Part shown: one piece after another, positions 8,842 to 17,466 of the stretch
How the letters are laid out: every line of letters begins with the position of its first letter
Numbering within the stretch: position 1 is the first letter of the stretch
Assembly (NCBI GenBank): GCA_024405635.1
Contig: JAKSOL010000020.1
Location: 1 to 56,421 of the forward strand
Direction of reading: 5' to 3'
Length of the DNA stretch: 56,421 nt
DNA from: Salinivirgaceae bacterium
Lineage (GTDB): Bacteria > Bacteroidota > Bacteroidia > Bacteroidales > SZUA-534
Notes under the pieces: generated by a model
What the model was told of the DNA's origin: nothing
Databases searched by the model: none
The model's input: only the letters and a program-made list of their open reading frames with translations
Translations under genes and position numbers: made by a program

Positions 8842-10033
8842 CAATACAACCCCTAGCGCAAACACTAACGAGGTGTTTTCGCCATCGCGCACAGTTTGGC
8901 GCACACAAATGGCTAAAGGCACATACCCTCCACACCGTATGAGCCGCATCACTTGCATTGTAGATAACCTGCTTGCCCCAAAAGTGACCAAAACACTAGC
9001 CGAACTCGGCATTGACAATTACATTGAAACCGGTCGTGTGGTGCGCGAAAACATTAAAAAACGTCCATTTAATTTACCTGGCGATATTGTTACACTACAA
9101 AGTTCGCCAGTAAGCGTAATACGTTTTACCGTGCCTCGCGCAAAAGCAAAAGATGTAATGGGCGCCATTATATACTGCTGCGACCTTGCAACTCCCGGAC
9201 ACGGAAGCATCTTTGCACAAGACTTGATGGAGTTTAGTCACGACGACCCAACTCTAAACCTTGCTGCGCTTGATGCTATGCCAAAAAACACTGAGGTTAA
9301 TATGCTCAACAAACTATCGTGCATCACTTGCGTGCTTTCAATCCCAGGTAGCGGCGAGCAACTTGCCAAAATAGCTTTGGACCTTGGCATTTGCGTACCA
9401 GTACTTACAAGCGGCACCGGCAACGATATTCGCGACCAACTTGGTTTGATTCGCATCACCATTCCTGCCGAAAAAGAAATTGTTAGCATTGTTATGCCAG
9501 AGCAAGACTCAAACAGCATTATTCGCCTCCTTTCAGAGCAAGCCAAACTTGACAAAACTGGTCGTGGTTTTATTTACCAAACTCCTGTCAGCATTGGTTT
9601 AATGGATACACGCATGAAAATGGGTGTTCAAACTAGCGCTGCTTCAATTGAGCAAATTATTGCTGCAATCGATTCGCTAAAAGGTGGAACCAACTGGCGC
9701 CGCCGTTTAGACTACAGCGATGTTGAAACAAACTCATCGGCTTTGCCACAAGACAACTGCGAGGTTACCATTACCAGCGACGAGGACCGTATTGATGCTT
9801 TGCGCGAAGCTTGTCTTAAAGTTGGTGCAAAAGGCGCTATAACAACCAATGTTATTCCGCAAATAAACACTGGCGAGAATACGCATAAGACCATGATTCG
9901 CAGCGCAATAAACATTCCTGCCACTCAGGCCGATTCTGTGGTGAACAACTTGCTCGACATTACTTCGATTAAAACCGATAACACCGACAAAATTTGTGTG
10001 CTTGACTCGCCTGCCGCTTATCGCGCCAAGTAA
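8831..10033 (+). CDS. PII-like (GlnB-fold) regulator with about three tandem domains
   Basis: Segments ITCIVD...DLATPGHGSIF, ITCVL...GTG...PAEKEIV...LDKTGRGFIYQTPV and a degenerate third segment (ACLKVGAKGA). Overlaps the DUF1538 stop. Confidence 0.65.
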   Translation: MMNSNTTPSANTNEVFSPSRTVWRTQMAKGTYPPHRMSRITCIVDNLLAPKVTKTLAELGIDNYIETGRVVRENIKKRPFNLPGDIVTLQSSPVSVIRFTVPRAKAKDVMGAIIYCCDLATPGHGSIFAQDLMEFSHDDPTLNLAALDAMPKNTEVNMLNKLSCITCVLSIPGSGEQLAKIALDLGICVPVLTSGTGNDIRDQLGLIRITIPAEKEIVSIVMPEQDSNSIIRLLSEQAKLDKTGRGFIYQTPVSIGLMDTRMKMGVQTSAASIEQIIAAIDSLKGGTNWRRRLDYSDVETNSSALPQDNCEVTITSDEDRIDALREACLKVGAKGAITTNVIPQINTGENTHKTMIRSAINIPATQADSVVNNLLDITSIKTDNTDKICVLDSPAAYRAK

Positions 10034-10050
10034 AAGCCCTATTTTGCTGA

Positions 10051-10090
10051 ACAAAAAAAGTCCATCTCAATACGAGATGGACTTTTTTGT
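10051..10090. terminator. Bidirectional terminator
   Basis: AAAAAAGTCCATCTC-AATAC-GAGATGGACTTTTTT between convergent genes. Confidence 0.88.
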
Positions 10091-10117
10091 TTCTTATTCT
10101 TATGATACTTCAACCTT

Positions 10118-12433
10118 TTAATCCATTCCCTTGCGGTTAAACATAACTAAACCAAAGTGAATGTTGAAGTAGAACGGATCGGACTCTTTTTGGTAGTAGT
10201 TTGCCGACACGCAGAATGGTCCTAACAAAGTTTGATAAACCAAACTGGCTGAGGCCATAATACGAGGCACAGGAAGGACATCGGAATAAGTTGTTTTGAA
10301 ACTAGTTGGGTTAATGTCGCGATAAGTGGAGATGGCATGCAACTCGCCGCGCAACTGCAAACTGTTGGTTATTGTGTAAATTGGAATTACACCAGCTGCA
10401 AACCATGCATTTGCTCTAAATTGCTCAAGCACCAATTCTTTGCTGTGCGGAGTTGGCGAATACTGCTTAGCAAACAAACGGGTTGATATTGAGTTTGAAA
10501 AAGCACCTTGACCCGAATAATTAAACTGAGCCATATAGCCCAAAGTAAAGTACTTATTTATGTTTACATACTGATTTGCAGTTCCAGTAATTGACGCCCA
10601 AGAATGATACTTTTTCACCTCGCTCAAATTAGTAAGAGTATCGGCAGCCGTAATGCCTGGAGTGTAGTGCTCGCGCCCAAAAGTTCCCGACATTTGTATT
10701 CTATAGTGTCGGCCTTTAGTGGCATATTGCCTGTAATTGAGCAATTTATACTCATATCCCACATTTATTTGCGAATATGTAAACGATGTGTAATCTGATT
10801 CATCGGTACGAGCAATAGTGCTGCTACGGTAATAATCGTAACCATCGCGGCCAAAAACCATGTCGCTGTAAAGCAATCCACGATTATCAACTGGCGTGCC
10901 TATAGTAAACCGCAAATCGCGAACGGTATTTTCAACTCGCGACAACTCGTCACTATCCATAAACATCATATTCGACATGTTGAAATAGTTCCAATGGTTG
11001 TATGTCATTGCAACATCTAAGAAAAACGGAGGAAGGTTTGTTCCCAAAAAAGGATATGACATAAACTCGGTACGAACTTTACCCTGCATCGACTGATAAT
11101 ATTGCCCCATGTAAAGGTTTGCCGAAAACTCGTGAATGTATTGAGTAAGATGAATGTAGTCGGCTCCCAAATAAATAAAGCTATGATAACCTGTGGTAAT
11201 GTTGCCACCAACCTTAAGCGTAACCGAGTTTTTAGCCTCCATGTCCAAGTTCAAGTCAAACGACTTTGTTGAATCGTTGTAGTGTGCACGTGGATAAATT
11301 TTCTGCACCAAACGGTCAGAAGCAAGTTTAAAATAACGGTCTTCAAACTGGTTGAATGTGATTGAATTGTGGCCTCGACGAATGGTGCTCATCACATGCT
11401 TGGTTTCTTTTTCTTTCAAACCATTAATGTTGACGTTGGTAAACGTAAGCGGCTTAAATTTTTGGCGAAACAATGTTCGGCGCGAAGCCAATTCGCGTAC
11501 CGATACTCTTCGGTCAATCAAAAGTTTAATGGAATCCATAAGATTCATTGCCTCAACATAACCACGGTGAGCAATGGTGTCGTATTTATCAAAATCCATC
11601 AACGAGAACGAAAGCACATCAGGCGACACTAGTATTCCATTTTCTGGCATATTATAATCGGCCGGTTTCATAAAAATATTGGTCAATTGCTCGTAAAAAT
11701 CATTTTCGTCGGGCATTTTGGGGTTTTCAGAAACTTTGCAGCCAATAATTACGTCAGGTGCATAGCGTTCTTGCATTATGTCGGTTGGAAAATTGTTTTG
11801 CATACCGCCATCGAACAATAGTGCGCTATCGACAGTAATTGGGCGGAAATAACCTGGGAAAGTCATTGATGCACGAACAGCTTGAGCAAGATCGCCACCA
11901 TCAAAAATCACAGGTTTAGCGTTATGAATATCGGAAGCAACGCAAAAGAACGGCACCATTAAACTGTCGTAATCGTAACCTGCGGCCGCCGATGCTTGAG
12001 CAAAAATTTGCAAAAAACGCAAGTCCATCTGCTCGGGCGAGATAAGGTTGGTTGGCAATATCGCATCAACTTTATTTCCGTGCAGCTTAAACTGCATCGA
12101 TCCCCAATCGGGTTTATCGCTAGGATTTTTGTAGTAAAATTTCAAATCGTCGCTTATAATGCCCTTAGCCCAATCCATATAATCGGGAGATTTAAACATG
12201 GCCTCCATCTCGTCGGGCGAGTAACCAATGGCATATAAACTACCAACTATTGCTCCCATTGATGTACCTGCAATGTAGTCGATTGGAATATCGTTTTCTT
12301 CCAAAGCTCGAATTAAACCAACGTGAGCTAAACCTTTTGCTCCACCACCACTAAGCACTAACGCAACTTTTTGCGACATGGCTAAATTGCTTGTTATCAG
12401 CAAAATAAGCAACGGTAATAATATCTTTTTCAT
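10118..12433 (-). CDS. Patatin-like phospholipase with C-terminal outer-membrane beta-barrel (PlpD-like)
   Basis: Signal peptide, LSGGGAKGLAHVG, GTSMG nucleophile and DGG motif. Long C-terminal amphipathic beta region ending ...FYFNIHFG. Confidence 0.85.
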   Translation of the reverse strand: MKKILLPLLILLITSNLAMSQKVALVLSGGGAKGLAHVGLIRALEENDIPIDYIAGTSMGAIVGSLYAIGYSPDEMEAMFKSPDYMDWAKGIISDDLKFYYKNPSDKPDWGSMQFKLHGNKVDAILPTNLISPEQMDLRFLQIFAQASAAAGYDYDSLMVPFFCVASDIHNAKPVIFDGGDLAQAVRASMTFPGYFRPITVDSALLFDGGMQNNFPTDIMQERYAPDVIIGCKVSENPKMPDENDFYEQLTNIFMKPADYNMPENGILVSPDVLSFSLMDFDKYDTIAHRGYVEAMNLMDSIKLLIDRRVSVRELASRRTLFRQKFKPLTFTNVNINGLKEKETKHVMSTIRRGHNSITFNQFEDRYFKLASDRLVQKIYPRAHYNDSTKSFDLNLDMEAKNSVTLKVGGNITTGYHSFIYLGADYIHLTQYIHEFSANLYMGQYYQSMQGKVRTEFMSYPFLGTNLPPFFLDVAMTYNHWNYFNMSNMMFMDSDELSRVENTVRDLRFTIGTPVDNRGLLYSDMVFGRDGYDYYRSSTIARTDESDYTSFTYSQINVGYEYKLLNYRQYATKGRHYRIQMSGTFGREHYTPGITAADTLTNLSEVKKYHSWASITGTANQYVNINKYFTLGYMAQFNYSGQGAFSNSISTRLFAKQYSPTPHSKELVLEQFRANAWFAAGVIPIYTITNSLQLRGELHAISTYRDINPTSFKTTYSDVLPVPRIMASASLVYQTLLGPFCVSANYYQKESDPFYFNIHFGLVMFNRKGMD

Positions 12434-12577
12434 AATTCAATTCTCGTAATAATTGCTCATAACAAAAGAACAAAAAAGAGTTGACAGAGAAAACAAATGC
12501 CACCGCCTTAGTTTATTGTTGTTGGTTGATGGTGCATTATTATTGGTCAGTTTTAACATGAAGATTATCAACTGTTA

Positions 12578-12585
12578 TACCTTTG
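12578..12585 (+). promoter_or_regulatory. Bacteroidota -7 promoter element
   Basis: TACCTTTG about 20 nt before the ATG at 12605. Confidence 0.6.
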
Positions 12586-12604
12586 TCGCAATAACAACTT
12601 AACG

Positions 12605-13372
12605 ATGAACGATTCGGAACTGAAGGCATATCTTGATGCACAAGTGAAACGCTACAACTGCATCGATTTTATTGAGAACGATCCTATTAGCATTCCACAC
12701 CGCTACACTTGCGCTCACGATATTGAGATTGCTGGTTTTTTGGCCGCCACAATTGCTTGGGGACAACGCAAAAGCATAATAAAAAGTGCTAAGCAACTGA
12801 TGGACATAATGGACAACGAACCTCACGATTTTGTTCTTAACCACACCAAACACGAATTGGCAGCAATTGATAAATTTGTTTACCGGACATTCAATGGTGT
12901 TGATTGTCAGTATTTTATCGCGTCGCTGAAAAACATTTACACCAACCACGGTGGTTTGCACAAAGTTTTTGCCGATGGTTTTGCTCAAACTGGCAACATG
13001 CACAACACTCTTGCTCAGTTCTACAACATCTTTTTTGAGTTGCCACATCAGCAACGCACTCAAAAGCACTTGGCTAACGTTGCTAAAGGCTCGGCAGGCA
13101 AACGACTTAACATGTATTTGCGTTGGATGGTGCGCCCCGCCGACACCGATGTTGATTTTGGACTTTGGACCGATATTCCAACCTCGGCATTATATATTCC
13201 GCTCGATGTTCATTGCGGCAATGTAGCCCGCCAACTTGGTTTGCTAAAACGTACTCAAAACGATTGGCGAGCAGTTGACGAACTCACCACCCGACTGCGC
13301 GATTTTTGCCCCGAAGACCCTGTGAAATACGACTTTGCACTTTTTGGGGCGGGAGTTAACAAAGAAAAATAG
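12605..13372 (+). CDS. TIGR02757 family protein (DUF2400)
   Basis: Motifs FIENDPISIPH, IAWGQR, KRLNMYLRWMVR, PLDVH and DPVKYDFALFG. Confidence 0.88.
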   Translation: MNDSELKAYLDAQVKRYNCIDFIENDPISIPHRYTCAHDIEIAGFLAATIAWGQRKSIIKSAKQLMDIMDNEPHDFVLNHTKHELAAIDKFVYRTFNGVDCQYFIASLKNIYTNHGGLHKVFADGFAQTGNMHNTLAQFYNIFFELPHQQRTQKHLANVAKGSAGKRLNMYLRWMVRPADTDVDFGLWTDIPTSALYIPLDVHCGNVARQLGLLKRTQNDWRAVDELTTRLRDFCPEDPVKYDFALFGAGVNKEK

Positions 13373-13379
13373 CAAAGCA

Positions 13380-14087
13380 ATGGCAGGTTTTCAGTTCAAA
13401 CAATTTAGCATAACACAAGAGCGCACGGCAATGAAAGTTGGCACCGATGGCGTGTTGCTAGGCGCTTGGGCTAACTGCGAACAGACATCAACAATACTCG
13501 ATATTGGAACAGGCACTGGGCTTGTATCTCTTATGTTGGCACAGCGCTCAACCGCACAAATAACTGCAGTTGAAATTGATTCTGATGCTTGCAACGATGC
13601 TCAAGAAAACTTTAGCCTGAGCAAATGGAGCAACCGCATAGAGTTGCAAAACATTGCAATACAAACATTTGCGGCAAGTTGTACATACCAATTTGACCTT
13701 ATTGTGTGCAACCCTCCTTTTTTCAGCAATAGTCTTAAAACCCCAAACCAAAGCCGCAACCGCGCCCGCCACGACGATGGATTACCAACTTGCGAGTTGT
13801 TTGCTTGTGCCGAAAAACTACTTTCGCCTGCTGGTTTATTCACGGTTATTATTCCGCACGACAAGCTAGAAAGCTACATTTCCGAAGCCAAGAAAAACAA
13901 TTTGCAAGTGCAAAGAGTGATGCACATAAAGCCCACTCCAACAGCCGATTACAAACGAGCACTTGTTGAATTTTGCCGAAACGCTGGAACTTCAACCACA
14001 ACCGAAATGATAATTGAAGACAAAGGTCGGCATGGTTACAGCGACCAATACATAAACCTTACGCACAACTTTTACTTGAAATTCTAA
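13380..14087 (+). CDS. trmN6: tRNA1(Val) A37 N6-methyltransferase
   Basis: FQFKQF, MKVGTDGVLLGAW, LDIGTGTG and NPPFF. Start moved from 13335 to the ATG at 13380, just after the upstream stop. Confidence 0.88.
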   Translation: MAGFQFKQFSITQERTAMKVGTDGVLLGAWANCEQTSTILDIGTGTGLVSLMLAQRSTAQITAVEIDSDACNDAQENFSLSKWSNRIELQNIAIQTFAASCTYQFDLIVCNPPFFSNSLKTPNQSRNRARHDDGLPTCELFACAEKLLSPAGLFTVIIPHDKLESYISEAKKNNLQVQRVMHIKPTPTADYKRALVEFCRNAGTSTTTEMIIEDKGRHGYSDQYINLTHNFYLKF

Positions 14088-14099
14088 ATCACACAAGAC

Positions 14100-15071
14100 A
14101 TGATAAGCATACTACAGAGAATCAGCAAATTACTATCAACCTACACTTCGCTTTTTATTATTGCAGTGGCCATATTCACAATGTTTTTCCCAAAGACATT
14201 CAGTTGGGTTGTTGGCAACACACAAACTCTGATTTTAGGATTTATTATGCTAACAATGGGACTAACGCTAACCACAAACGATTTTCGCATTTTGGCATCT
14301 CGTCCACTTGACATTTTGATAGGCACGTTGGCGCAATTTACTGTTATGCCTTTAGTTGCCTACGCACTCACAAGAATTTTCAACCTCGACACTTCGCTTG
14401 CCATTGGTATAATTTTGGTTGGTTGCTGTCCGGGTGGAGTTTCAAGCAACATTATGAGTTTTTTGTGCAAAGGCGATGTTGCTTTTTCAGTTGGTATGAC
14501 AACCGTTTCTACCCTACTTGCGCCATTTGTTACTCCGCTCTTGGTGTTGTTGCTTGCAGGTCAAAGCGTTGAAGTGAACACTCTTGGAATGTTCATCAAC
14601 ATTTTAATAGTAACCATAATACCTGTTGTTGTTGGATTTGCGCTCAATGTTTGGCTTGGGCACAAAAGCAACTTTAAAACCATTCAGAGCATTATGCCAG
14701 GATTTAGTGTAGTTGGTTTGGCTTGCATTGTGGGTGGTGTTATTTTTAGCGTTCACAAGCCGCTGGTTGATAATGGTTTAGTTTTGTTTTTGTTGACTTT
14801 TGCCGTAGTGTTTTGCCACAACACAATTGGCTACCTGCTTGGATTTTTTGTTGGCCGCGTGTTCAATTTTAGCACAGCCAAGCGCCGCACCATAAGCATT
14901 GAGGTGGGAATGCAAAATGCAGGATTGGCAACCAATTTGGCATCAAACTTTTTTATGGCAACTAACCCTCTTGCCGTTGTTCCTTGCGCCATTTCATGTG
15001 CTTGGCACTCCATTTCGGGCACCATTTTGGCTGGAATATTTTTAAAGTTTGGAAAAGAAAAAATTGACTAA
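14100..15071 (+). CDS. Bile acid:sodium symporter (BASS) family transporter, possibly a PanS-like ketopantoate importer
   Basis: MGLTL, AQFTVMP, GCCPGGVSSN and SIEVGMQNAGLA motifs; multiple TM helices. Confidence 0.88.
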   Translation: MISILQRISKLLSTYTSLFIIAVAIFTMFFPKTFSWVVGNTQTLILGFIMLTMGLTLTTNDFRILASRPLDILIGTLAQFTVMPLVAYALTRIFNLDTSLAIGIILVGCCPGGVSSNIMSFLCKGDVAFSVGMTTVSTLLAPFVTPLLVLLLAGQSVEVNTLGMFINILIVTIIPVVVGFALNVWLGHKSNFKTIQSIMPGFSVVGLACIVGGVIFSVHKPLVDNGLVLFLLTFAVVFCHNTIGYLLGFFVGRVFNFSTAKRRTISIEVGMQNAGLATNLASNFFMATNPLAVVPCAISCAWHSISGTILAGIFLKFGKEKID

Positions 15072-15296
15072 CCAACTACCAATAGCAAAATTGATACTGC
15101 TATAATTCTTAAAAAATCGGCACGCATGTAAGTATTGTGAAATTTTTCGCAATCACAAACGCTTACTTATAAGCACTTTAAAGCAATCCAACAATTAAAA
15201 AACGGATTTTCAATTTCGTATTTCCCGACGTTCTTCATTCAAAAATTCGTTTGCATCATACTAATCATTCATGTTACTGCATATTAGTCTAATGCA

Positions 15297-15333
15297 CAAA
15301 AAAAGCACCCATATTGCTATGGATGCTTTTTTG
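15297..15333. terminator. Bidirectional terminator
   Basis: AAAAAAAGCACCCATA-loop-TATGGATGCTTTTTT. Confidence 0.75.
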
Positions 15334-15351
15334 GAACTTTTTGAAACTATC

Positions 15352-17202
15352 CTATTCGTAATCTCTTACCAAACGTACAAACAAGAATTCGTTTCTATAA
15401 TAGCTAACTAGGTTAATATTTGCTGCATTGCTCTTCGATAGGTCGAATGCATAGCAATACATGTCAGAATTAAGTGCAGTTGCAGACCAATAGTACGATT
15501 TATCAACGTTTGCAATTTTAAACATAAGACCTGAATTGTTCTCGTAATTCTTTACAAGTTCTCCGTCGCCTTTATAGTTTGGCAAAAACACTACTCCATA
15601 TTTTCTTTCAAGGCGTTGTAGGGCTGAAATGCTCATAGTAACTACTGTTTCAGTTCCAACATTGTTTTTAATTTGGCTAACAACACCTGCTTCAGTTTCT
15701 TTGGTTACGTCCCAATCGTCTGGAATGAGTAAAAATCCTGCCACTGTGCCACTATTACTAATATCACTATTGACTCCAATAATCTGTGCTTTACAACGTT
15801 TTTTCTTGGCATCGGTACGTGAGTTGAACAAGTATTCCCATTCATCTTTGGTGAGTGTTCGCCAAATTCCAGCTTTGTTTTCGCCGTTAGTTATTGCATT
15901 GTAAACTCCCCAATCGGCTTTTGCATAATCACCAGTTAGTGAATAACTTCTACTATTTCCAACTAAAAATTCGGTAGCAGCTGGCCCAGTTGTTTTTGTT
16001 GTTGAGAAATCGGTTGCAAATAGTTCGCTAGGTGAATAGTAAGCATCGCCAGAGTAGCTGCTCCAACCACTTGTTCCCCAGCAAAACAAGTCTGTCCATC
16101 CTTCGCCATCAACTTGACTATATTTAGAATATGTAGCATTGATAGCAGCTTTCTTAGTGGTTTCGTATTGATTTTCGGCAAAACGCCATTTTCGAGTGTT
16201 TTTGTTGTATTGCAAGTTGCCTTTTGAGAAGACAATTTTTTTGGTTGCAGAAACCGAGAAAACACCAGGTATTTCGCCTTCCATTTGTTGGAAACTCATG
16301 CATTTCTCGTACATAGCCTTCACTTCATCTTTTGTAGCATAGTTGGCTAAATCGCTCTTTTTTACGTAGTCGTTTAAGGTTGTAGTAAGCGATGTTTTGC
16401 TTACGTAGTTTGAACTAACATAAGATTGAGTAGCGTAGCTATTAAGTTTGGTGTCAACTTCTGACTTGGTATAGTAATCACTCATGCTGCTCTTTTTTAC
16501 GTAGTTAGTCAAGCTATCGGCAAGCGATTCCTTCATAACATAGTAATCAATGGTGTCGTTTACTTTTGCAGTGGTTGCATAATCGCTCAAATCAACAGCA
16601 CTTGGCATGTTTTTCTTCAATACATAAAAATCAAGAGTGTCATTAACATTTTCTGTTGTTGAATAATCGGCCAATTTAGTGTCAATGTCGGTCTTTTTAG
16701 CATACTCATCAAGGGCAGCAAGAACATCGCTAATCTTAATAAATTCAGTATTTGCAAGCAGCGACATTATCTCGCTTTTTTGAATGTAGCCCGAAAGGTC
16801 AACATTGCCAGCAGTTTCGGCATAAAGTGCATAAGGAACGCTTGCTAGTGGCGAAACACCTTCAATTGTTTTTCCGTTAGCAGTTGTAATGGTTTTTACA
16901 AAGTAAGGACCTTTGCTCCAATCGATTTTTGAAAAGTCGCCAGTGGTTGTTCCTTTACCAATAAGTATGGTGTAAAGTCCATTGGCATTGGTTGTGGTGG
17001 TATGTGTTTCGGTATAAACACTTGCTCCATTGTCAGAGCCTTGCAGAATGCTTGCCTCAAGTGATATTGCAGCGTTTGCAATTGGTTTGTTTTGAGAGTC
17101 TCTAACTACAGCTTGGTAGTTAAGTGATTGCGGAGCTTGCGCAAAAATACTGAATGTCGCACATAGCATTATTAATGCGACCATTGAAAACATTTTTCTC
17201 AT
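15352..17202 (-). CDS. Secreted fibre-like protein: signal peptide, YQAVVR N-domain, xDYAT/VKK stalk repeats and C-terminal C-type-lectin-like domain
   Basis: Start moved to ATG 17202 (MRKMFSMVALIMLCATFSIFA). Contains LNYQAVVRD...SVPYALYA, repeated LSDYAT/LNSYAT/LANYATK, then FSVSATKKIVFSKGNLQY...WRTLTKDEWEYLF...YYWSAT...VRLVRD. Confidence 0.75.
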   Translation of the reverse strand: MRKMFSMVALIMLCATFSIFAQAPQSLNYQAVVRDSQNKPIANAAISLEASILQGSDNGASVYTETHTTTTNANGLYTILIGKGTTTGDFSKIDWSKGPYFVKTITTANGKTIEGVSPLASVPYALYAETAGNVDLSGYIQKSEIMSLLANTEFIKISDVLAALDEYAKKTDIDTKLADYSTTENVNDTLDFYVLKKNMPSAVDLSDYATTAKVNDTIDYYVMKESLADSLTNYVKKSSMSDYYTKSEVDTKLNSYATQSYVSSNYVSKTSLTTTLNDYVKKSDLANYATKDEVKAMYEKCMSFQQMEGEIPGVFSVSATKKIVFSKGNLQYNKNTRKWRFAENQYETTKKAAINATYSKYSQVDGEGWTDLFCWGTSGWSSYSGDAYYSPSELFATDFSTTKTTGPAATEFLVGNSRSYSLTGDYAKADWGVYNAITNGENKAGIWRTLTKDEWEYLFNSRTDAKKKRCKAQIIGVNSDISNSGTVAGFLLIPDDWDVTKETEAGVVSQIKNNVGTETVVTMSISALQRLERKYGVVFLPNYKGDGELVKNYENNSGLMFKIANVDKSYYWSATALNSDMYCYAFDLSKSNAANINLVSYYRNEFLFVRLVRDYE

Positions 17203-17339
17203 AGTCTGAGTTTTATGGTTATTAAATGGATGCATTGTCTTTTTTAGACAATAGAATCTGTTTGTTATTTGACGGCGCGAATTTAAACCAAAAACAATAT
17301 AAAACATTGATTTTAGCAGTGAGTTGCATCGTTATTGTT

Positions 17340-17347
17340 CAAAGTTA
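17340..17347 (-). promoter_or_regulatory. Bacteroidota -7 element for the 17202 gene
   Basis: Reverse complement TAACTTTG. Confidence 0.45.
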
Positions 17348-17442
17348 CATAACACACTGATAACTTGTTGATTATCGGCATGAGGAGTAAAACACTAAGT
17401 GCATAATCAAAACCTATATTGCTTTTATGCTATACTAACTTA

Positions 17443-17450
17443 TACTTTTG
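17443..17450 (+). promoter_or_regulatory. Bacteroidota -7 element
   Basis: TACTTTTGC upstream of the ATG at 17467, which supports that start. Confidence 0.6.
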
Positions 17451-17466
17451 CCTAAAACATACTGAT

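Noticed and set aside
13335-13379. Longer TTG/GTG starts in the ORF track (13335, 17307, 17419, 18502, 21342, 37457, 43595)
   Set aside because: Downstream starts fit the family N-termini, signal peptides and promoter positions better.
15352-15520. Complete diversity-generating retroelement
   Set aside because: I found no reverse transcriptase, avd gene or second copy of this region in the window.
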